Position numbers and translations under genes: made by a program. Source: Vicugna vicugna (Eukaryota). Taken from it: a stretch of DNA of 64,000 nt. The DNA lies in assembly GCA_013265495.1 (NCBI GenBank), contig MU058198.1, positions 2,430,419-2,494,418 on the forward strand, given 5' to 3'. Below the pieces are notes generated by a model, which ran no database searches, was not told the DNA's origin, and saw nothing but the letters and a program-made list of their open reading frames with translations. Positions 33,802 to 64,000 of the stretch are shown here, piece by piece (within the stretch, counting starts at the first letter, position 1; each line of letters begins with the position of its first letter).

Positions 33802-34839
33802 TGGTTCTTAGAAAAATATATACAATAACTGGAACCCCAGTTCTCTTAAATAGTTTTAAATTAAAAATATGCAGGTGAGAGGATGAGTGTATTTCCAGTC
33901 AGAACATGAACACTGTTTAATAAAGTGGCAGATGGGGATTTCTGCAGCCAGTCAGAAACACGTACAGGAATGGCCGGAAGTGACGAGAGCAACTTGACGC
34001 CGGCAGGTTCGCCAGCTCAGACAACACAGCGGGGCGAAGGGGTTTCATCTCGCCCCTTTAGTTTGAATTTACAAAAAGAGTGAAAGATGTACACATTTGC
34101 CTATCGTAACCACTACAGCTTTTTGAGTAAGAACTTTTGAATGTGGGGAGGAGGCCCTCTAGCGCTACGTTCACAAGCTAGCTGGGCAAACCAGAGCTTG
34201 CCCTCTCAGTCTGGTATTCCGCTGGATTTACATGTATTAGGATTATCTGTCAGTCACAATTCAACTGGTAGCAGATGTACAAACTCAAAGGTCTGGAATA
34301 TTTGTTAATGCTATTTATTTTGGATTAGACCCCTGCTTTCTCCTGAACATTCTTCTTAATGAATTCACAGTATCCAACAGTGTTTGCGAAAGGTATTTTC
34401 ATTTGGCAGCCGTCCGACTTCTACGTAGTTTTGAGAAGTTAAGCAAAGAGGCAGCAGGAATTGCCTTTGCTTTGTTTCAACTCTGCCCTTTCCCCTGTAT
34501 AACATATCCTATGTACCAACTACACAGCACTGTAATTCCAGGCCTATTCTCCAGGAGCACAGATCTTCCCTCCACTGGTTCCGGGGCTTTTCAAGGAATC
34601 GCACCTAAGCATTGCACCAGCCAGAGGCCAGTTTGTCATGGGGTTTCCTGAGGAGCTTAAACGGAACTAGATTTTAGAACTGACCACCTTCCTTCCTCGC
34701 TGTATGCATTTGCTCAAAAAGCAAAGCAGTGAGGCAAATGTCAGGAGCCAACATCAGGCTTCGTGGTCTACAAACGCTTGTCTGAGTGGGAGAGAGGTGA
34801 CAGGAAACACGCCAATCAGTAGTGGAGCTGGAGGTTCAC

Positions 34840-56212
<21,373 letters not shown>

Positions 56213-59200
56213 CTCGGCCGGCTCTTCCGGGGGCAGCGGCCCCCACCGCCGCCGGCCCGCCTCAGCCGCTGCCCCGGGCTCTCCGCCGGCCCCTCCGCCC
56301 TCAGCCAGAGCCGCCCTCGGGCGGGACGCGCCGCCGCCGCCGCCGCCCAGGCTCCGCCGCGCCCTCGGATCACAGCTACCCGCTGCCGCCGCCACGGGGC
56401 GGCCGGCAGCGCACGTCGCGAACCCGCTTCGCGACTCGCCTCACACCCCCCAACGGATCGAACGGCCGGCAACCCGCCGCGAGCGCCCCGGCCGGCGCCC
56501 CGAGCCTGCTCCTCACGCAGCAGCCGGGCCCAACGTGGCACTTTGGCAGAATCCTCCCCGACCGGGGCTGCGATTCAAACCCCCGGTGGCTCCTCAACCA
56601 ATCGCGAGTGGGCTTCCGGCCGAGCGGCGGCGAGGTTGTCCAATCGTGTCTCTCCGAAGGCCCGCGGTTCGCCCGGTCTCAAGGGCAAGTAGCCAATAGC
56701 GACTCCGGAAGAAACAAAGGAGGCGGGGAAAAGGCGAAGAGGTGCGGCCGAAGGCCCCGCCCTCTCTCGGGCGTTAGATTGCTTCTGGGCTTGCATTCAG
56801 GGTGCTGGGGGTGTCGGGGTGGCCGCCGCCGCAGCGCGTTTGGTGGGTGTCCGGCGGTGCTGACCTGCTGCGTGGGCATGAGGGGCTGGAGTCTGGCCTC
56901 CCAGCAGCAGGCGGTTGCAGGCGTGGGGCGCGGAGGGTACCAGGACTCCAAGGACCGCTGCCCTGCCTGTCCCCGCTGGTCTTTTGAGTCCCAGATTTGC
57001 TTTCCTTGGTGCAGGGTAATTAAGAGACGGTCGGAAGTTTAGGGTGTTTTCTCCTTGGTATCTGAACCCCCACCTCCAACCTACTGAGCGTTGTACACAC
57101 TCCCCGTGAAACGGTGGGCCTCAGGCCCACCTGGGTATCTGGGTCCTGAAGGGGTGCAGTTGACGCTAACTCCTCAGAAAAAAATTGCAAGCATTTTCGC
57201 ATGCGATTTTGAAAAGATTCACACATCACAAGTTAAACATCTGGAGTAATTAAGACCTGACACCTGGAGAGAAGAGACTGCAGCCCTAGCACTCGACGGC
57301 CAGCAGGGCAGTGAACGTTGTCTTCCACAGACAATAACAAAATAAATGCTCCTCGTGACGTTTACCATCACCGTGCAGTCAAAACATAGAAAGTTTAAAA
57401 TATAGTGACAGGACAAAAGGTCAGTGTCCTCAACCTTGATGTAATGATACAGCTGGCAGAAGACAGCGGTGCCCTCTCATAGTAGAATGCCAACCAGTAA
57501 ACGTAGAAGGAATAATGGTGTTAGAAGTGATACAAGAGGCGTGGTAAACTCGCAAATCCTTTTCTCCCGAATCCAGGTATACTAGAAGGCGGAGTGTTAC
57601 TGACCCACTTTTTATTGCTAGGTTAGGAAAGAAGCTAGGTCCCCTGTTTAACCTGTACTGCCCTAGTTGTGGATATTCTGGTAGAGCCCAGAGCCAAAAG
57701 AAAACAACAAAAACCAGCTATCTTAATTTAAAAGTCAGTCATTACAGATAGAGCTCTTTGAAAGGAAAGATGACTGGCTTTAGGGTTTGCTGAAGGTGAT
57801 TTGTGGAAACTGAAGGGCTAGAATCCTGCATCTACCTTCAAGAGACTCATCTTCCATAGCCACTAATCTGCAAGATTGAAAGTGCTGACTTTTTTCTCCA
57901 TGGCAAATAGCTCATTTTGACTACAAATCAAATGGGAAAATGTATAAACGTTCTTTAACATTCACTGTCAAAAAACAAAAACAAAAAATAATGAAAAAGA
58001 ACAATCTGGAGAATTAAAGTTATCAATGATTTAAAATGGCAAAAAACAAACTAAAAAAAACCCCCAAACACCAGAATTTGTGACTTTCGGTACTAGTGGG
58101 TTTTTTAAAGGACACTATTTGGGGAAACTTTTTTTTTTAACCCTAGCTTGAACAAAAATTGCATTGAAAAATACATGTTGGCTTTCAGTGCTAAAAGCCC
58201 TGCTCTAGGGGGGTGGTCTCCATCATTCTTTTAGAGGCTACATAGTCATAGCTGAGAAGCAATTATAAGCAGCCTCTTTAGTGACATTATTATTTAATAG
58301 TAGGTTAGTGAATAACAAAAAAGTTGATTCTAAAAGGAGGGTTTTGGGTTTTCATTTAAGAATGCACCAGTATTTAGTGCACCTGCCCAGCCAAATCATT
58401 ACACCTTTTTGCGACTTTTTTTAAACTCTTATTATGCAACATTTTGTAGTGAAGAAGAACAAGTTTCAGAAGTCTTTTGTTCCTGGTTGTAAAAGTGTGC
58501 ATTCTTGTTTTTTGGTGTTTTGTTGCTATAGTAAAATCAGGTAAGGAGCATTTTTATATAGTAGTGGTGGCTTTGAAAAAAATTGTTAAGTGGTGATTTT
58601 CAGTTTGATGCTTACTGAAATAAGTGTTTGTTATGATGAAAATAATCTAAAGCAAAATATTGATAGTTCCTTTTTTGCAGATGGAAATAAGGAAGATTTT
58701 TATTTCCTCCTTTTAATAAATATAAACAAAGAGAAGTTTGGGGTATGGAGTGTTTAATAATGTTATTAAAACCTTATATTCGCCTTATATACTGTGTGCA
58801 TATTACATAAACCTTATATTTTAGATACAATGGGTGCTTAACTCAAAATCTTTTAAAAAAAATTTGTACTCAACTAAGCAAGCTTATGATCCTTTGCAAA
58901 ATTCTGAGTTTATAAATACCTGCCTTCTGAGTTAATGATAGATCAGTTCAGAAGGTGTGCCATGCTTCTAATTTTAGCATGCCAGAAATAAAGCTAGGAA
59001 AAAGAAGTGTGCCTAGATTTTTGTGGGCTAAATTTGTAACTTGGCTTTTGGTTCTACTGACTCCCTTGTTTTTGGCCCTTTTAGTAACCCTAGCTTCCAT
59101 CTTCATTCTCACTTGTGCCAAAAGTAACTACCTGGAATGAGGTCTTCAACAGTAGTTTCCAACTTTTCCAAACCTGCTTTAAAGCCAAAAATGTTAGCTG

Positions 59201-59352
59201 ACCTCCACATAATAGTATTTGGATTTTTCAGGTGTTTGACCACTGCATAATGACAAAATAGTTCATATATTTGTATTTTATCCTTACAGCAGAATTTACA
59301 AACATTCAGAGAAAACTAGTACACATATGGGCAAAGTATTCTTTATTCTGTT

Positions 59353-59463
59353 CATTTTTTAAATATTAAAAAAAATTTTTTTGACGGAGGTACTGAGGAT
59401 TGAACCCATGACCTTGTGCATACTAAGCATACACTCTCCCACTGAGTATACCCCTTTCCCCCC
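59353..59463 (-). mobile_element. tRNA-Ala-derived SINE (Vic-1-like) with TSD
   Basis: tctttattctgtt (59340-59352) and tctttagtctgtt (59464-59476) flank gaggattgaacccatgaccttgtgcatactaagc. Confidence 0.85.
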
Positions 59464-60530
59464 TCTTTAGTCTGTTGACAGACAATGCTTGGTCTGTATA
59501 TGGGTTTAATAACCGCTTTTGATAATTCTAGGGCCCTATGTCCCATAGAATTAAAATCATTCTTATAACTACCTGATGCAAAGTGAAGCTCAGGGACTTA
59601 GGTAATTTGATCATTTGAGCCAAATGCCCACTCCTCCCTTCTAACTTGCCCTCACCTTCCCTAAGAATTTGAATAATGTAGCATCAGGTGACTGCTTAAT
59701 TCCAAAGGCTTATTTAAGCAAGTAACATCTCTTGAATTATCTGAATATTTGTCTGTTTTTTGCTTCAGTAAGATTTTTGGAGACCTGCCCAATATTCTAG
59801 TAAGCCAGGGATAAAACAGGAAAATCAAGACTAAAAGGAAGATGAGTCTATCCCTACCTCTTGCTTAGTTAACCTTTTCCCATTTTCCAGTTGGATAAAT
59901 CAAATCACTGAAAGGATGAGACAATAGGCCAGATTTAAGAGGGACACCTACATCGGAGCAAGGTCCAAACTGTGCCACTTCTATATCCATGTTAAGTATG
60001 TTCTTTGGGCCAAAGTTACAGTCTGTCAGAAGTTCAAGAATAAATCTTCCAATGCAAGTCTGTACTACTGAATGGACAACTTTATACTCAGATGAAATGC
60101 TTCCTTCTATTCTTTCTCTCTGATGTTAGCTAAAGGTGTCTCTTTGTTGTCCTCTTCTTTCTCACCCTTCTGAGTAGGGAGGATAATAATGCCATAAACA
60201 CATCTCCCTGGCCACTAGTTAAATATATTCAGACTCTTGGATGAATCTCCTTTTTATAAGTTAGAAGAGATATTCAAGTAGAGGCACACTCTAAGCAAAT
60301 TAGCATTTCTGGCCACAACTCAAAAACTGTTGAGTAAATGGATAAGAAAGTTAAGTGTTAAGTCCAGTTGCATATTCACAGTTAGTGGCTTTGGACTTTT
60401 GTTTAAAATTAACTGGTGTCCAGTGTCCATGGAATTTTTGCCATTTGTCAGCGATTGTATGCAAGTAGTGAATTGTAACCATTTCCTTTTCTTCTTACAC
60501 TAAAGGAAGAAGAATTTCTCTGCATGGAAA

Positions 60531-60680
60531 ATGACACTTTTAAATATCAAACCCAGTGCTTGGGCATTTTCTATGATAACATTAGGGACTGAAATGCTAA
60601 ATTCTGTCTTCAGTTTCTATTATGTAAAGCTGTTTTTACATCTGTACAAGATTTCAGAAGTGGCCTTTTACCAAGCCCAG
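60531..60680 (+). CDS. MFSD13B: MFSD13B-like MFS transporter, first clear coding exon (exon starts about 60506)
   Basis: MTLLNIKPSAWAFSMITLGTEMLNSVFSFYYVKLFLHLYKISEVAFYQAQ /gtgagg; resembles the N-terminus of MFSD13A/TMEM180; head-to-head with CDR2 as in human and mouse. Confidence 0.82.
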
Positions 60681-61224
60681 GTGAGGCAGATCCCTGTTGT
60701 CCATTCCCCTAGGACCGAGTTTCTCCTTCCTTCCTTGTGATTTTCCAAAGAGCTGATCCTTCACAAGCTAAAAGTTATCAAGAAAGGGTTATCCATGTCC
60801 AGGATCCTCTGTTTGAGGGCAGAGAGTTTTAAAAGATTGTCACTTACAACATAACAGCTTTAGAGTTTAAAGGGTAAGCTTTTGTTATCTGGAAAATTCA
60901 CTTATGTGGACAAATTAGAATTATTACCAAGATATTCTGTGTTTTGAAATGGCCTATGATATTCACAAATTGTACTGTAACTCATTACCAATTAGACAAT
61001 CAGCATGGATGCAGTTCATGGTCTTAAGACCCCTTATGTTTTATACTGTCATTCGTTTATTACCAACAACAACATCCTTGATCTAATAAATACTTCTGCC
61101 ATTTTGAGATGGCAGACACTGATATTTTAACCTTTTCTAATGAAATTATGTAAAACTGTGCCGTGGTCTGTAAATAGGCCATCACTCTCTGCAGAGGCAT
61201 GGATGTGGCTTGTGGAGAGTCAGT

Positions 61225-61485
61225 TTAGCACCACGATTGAAAGGCAGACTCTGGGGTCCTCTGCTTTGCTCAGACTCTGCCTCTGTCATTTATTAACTAA
61301 GCAAGTTGCTTAAGCTTCTCTAGCCCTCAATTTCCTTGTAAGACAGGGATTAATAATAGTACCTGCTTCATAGGATTATTTTAAGGATTTCATGAAATAA
61401 TTCATGTAACAGTTTGTACAATGCCTAAACACAAAGTGAATGCACACTGGCTTTTTGGTTAGTATTAACTATTATTATTATTAAT
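61225..61485 (+). mobile_element. MIR
   Basis: ggcagactctgggg...gcaagttgcttaagcttctctagccctcaatttcc...aataatagtacctgcttcataggatt. Confidence 0.7.
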
Positions 61486-61641
61486 ATTTCAGCACATATG
61501 CCCCTGCTGGTCTGAAAGCAATGAGCTTTTTTTTTTTTTTCCCAATCAACTTTGGTTACTTCACTTCACATTAAAGTAAAAACACAGGGGTCATTTTCAT
61601 CAGTATAAACTGCACTAAAAGAATCCTGTGTTTTCTTCTAG

Positions 61642-62367
61642 GTGATTTTAATGATCTGGAACGCTCTTAATGACCTGACGGGGTATTTTCACAACAACTC
61701 GAAGGCCGACTGCTGTTCCAACATTCATACTTCTGTTTCGTATGGCGCCCCTTTATATGCGATAGCCTTTCTGCTTCCTTGGTTCCCTTGGAAAGACTAT
61801 CGCGAAGGTGACTGGCTCAGTGGGCTTCACCTGGTGGTATCCTTATGTGCTTTTGATAGCACGCTTACCTTCATTCAGCAAGCCCAGTGTGTGCTGTTTG
61901 CAGAAATTTTCACTCGCTATGAAAGTCGGCTCCAGCTTATTAAAATGAACCAAGTGGCGTCCCTGGTAGGATCTACCAGTATCCTGTTCTGTGGCCTCAT
62001 CTCTGATAACATGGAAATTCTGCTCAATTTTCAGGCCACCGCCATTGTCATTGCCATTCTTGCTACTGTCAGCCTCTATACCGGCATGTGCCACATGAGT
62101 CGCTTAGAACCTAAAAGAAGCCTTGAGGAAAACCTTTTCTCAGAAAGTGACCAGGATCTCCCCTGGACCTCCGTTGTCTCACTGATGAGACAAATCTTAA
62201 CCCAGAAAAACTTTTGCCTTTTTCTGATAATGAATTTCTTCCAAGTCTTCCTTTTAACCTTCTTCAATAACTTCATGATGATCTTTGCTGATAATCTCAT
62301 TCCCAAGGATGTTCTTCCTTCTTCTGTAAGTAGCGTCATGTACGGGGCAGGCTTTATCTACCCACAG
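61642..62367 (+). CDS. MFSD13B: MFSD13B-like MFS transporter, large coding exon (gene continues past the window)
   Basis: ttctag/ VILMIWNALNDLTGYF...VMYGAGFIYPQ /gtacgt; 242 open codons with several hydrophobic segments; WNxLND motif as in MFSD13A and MFS_2 transporters. Confidence 0.85.
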
Positions 62368-63812
62368 GTACGTGGTCATTCTTCATGTATCTTCCTTCAG
62401 GGATACCTGTTTAACTCTTACCTGGCTGAGGAAATTAAAAACCTAACTATATCAGTAGTTTGAAAAAAAATGAGTCACAGTTGTTGAGAGACCCAGTGAT
62501 TATACAAGAGCCCTAGGCATTATACAAGATTTAGTAGGAACATAATAGAAACGAGAGATGAAAGGAAAAAAAGCAAGGGGAACCCAACACAAACTGAGCA
62601 TCGTGGTGTTTTAAACATTTTAGTTTTTGAATTTTGTTCTCTGAGCTGCCTCACTTACACCTACACAGAGCTATGGAAAAAAAGCAGATGGCTTCCTGTG
62701 AGTGTGTCATTTCGCTTTATCCTGGCATTTAAGATTCCAGGGACTATTTCAAGGGAGGAGAGTTCCTTGATCCTGAATTCCTGAAGCCAGGTTTCAAAAC
62801 ACTTGGCTAAAAGACTGAGTCCTGGAATTTCAGAGCGTCAGTAAAATTCCATGGTCATGACCATTAGTGCAGAGGGTATGTCCATCTTCAAGAAAAATAC
62901 CAGCCTATTGTTTATTACACCATTTGGAGAGTTGACGAATCAAATTGCTCCCCTTAACCTAAATGCATCCTCCAAAAATATGACTTAACGTAGCCTACAA
63001 TACAGGCTTTTTCCTGTTTTTTACAATTAAAATCTGTTATCTGTGCTCCTCAGAGAATGAGTTATTCTAGATAAGTTTTTACTATTTACTAACTTTCAAA
63101 AATATTTAAACCAGGTTGGGTAGAAATAGTTCTAAAATGTATGTGTTGTCATACTTTCTTAAGCAAAGTATGCAGGATAGAATTTGCCTTTCTGCCATTA
63201 GCTCAAGGCCTTTATCATAGTTTGGTTACTGTATATACCCTAATAATGAGAACTCACATTTATTGAGTGCTTACCACATGCCAAGCGCCTTGTACACATT
63301 ATCACACGTAATTCTCACAATCACCTGCAAGAAAGACTCTTCCTACCCTTACAAGAGAGAAGAGGGAAGCTCAGAAGCCTTACAGTCTTGCGCTCTAGGA
63401 TCATCTCTAAAGGGTACTGTGTTCATGTGGTCTGTTTAGCAGAGTTTACCAAATAGAGTATCATTTTTGGCTTATCAGTATAATCCCAGGTACTGTGTGT
63501 GCATAAGAAAATGAGACTCTCCCTTCTGGGCAGTTTGCAGTTTTTCCAGTTGTTTGCTCCTGGGTTCAACGACCCAGAATGGGGAGCTGTTCTGAGTTCT
63601 TTTCTCTGCTTGTTATAATCAGATTCTAGGCTGTACATAAATTCCCAATTTTAATCACGTACTTGCCTATAGGATCTCCTCTTCTCTAGGTTAAAACAAG
63701 TTTGTTAAACACTTATGTAAAAAATTGTTTTAAAGGGCAGATAGATATTTTTAAACGGCTGGTATTTCATTGAGATATAACTCACATACCATACAATTAA
63801 TTTACCCATTTA

Positions 63813-63955
63813 TTTATTTATTTAAACTTTTTTGGCAGGAGTGGTGGTGGTAATTAATTACTTGCTTATTTTTAAAGGCGGTACTGGGGATTGAACGCAG
63901 GACCTTGTGCATACTAAGCATACACTCTACCATTTGAGCTATAGTCTCCACCCAC
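63813..63955 (-). mobile_element. tRNA-Ala-derived SINE (Vic-1-like) inserted in an antisense L1 3' end
   Basis: taatttacccattta (63798-63812) and taattcacccattta (63956-63970) flank ggggattgaacgcaggacc...gagctata. Confidence 0.85.
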
Positions 63956-64000
63956 TAATTCACCCATTTAAAATGTCCAGTTCAGTAGTTTTTAGCATAC

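Overview
Mammalian genomic DNA, most likely a camelid: it carries five copies of a tRNA-Ala-derived SINE resembling the camelid Vic-1 family. The gene order matches the human 16p12 POLR3E-CDR2-MFSD13B block. The window holds (1) the whole coding region of POLR3E (RNA polymerase III subunit RPC5; + strand, 20 coding exons, 4961-27309, 711 aa by my splice reconstruction; non-coding exon 1 probably lies just left of the window), (2) the complete, convergent CDR2 gene (- strand, 5 exons, 56212-34840, 456 aa) with a CpG-island promoter, and (3) the first two coding exons of a divergent MFSD13B-like MFS transporter that are open in frame here. The rest is intron and intergenic DNA rich in MIR, L1, L2, hAT/Tigger and LTR remnants. 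The most notable items are an antisense MIR with intact Pol III A and B boxes in POLR3E intron 1 (a Pol III roadblock reported in mouse and human), two more antisense Pol III-type SINEs inside POLR3E, a CpG-rich 3'UTR-like insert in intron 3 that creates a candidate poison exon, a hairpin whose loop is copied from 1 kb away, a 231-bp dispersed duplication, and a stop-interrupted N-terminal extension of MFSD13B. Repeat family names are from memory of consensus sequences and their boundaries are approximate.
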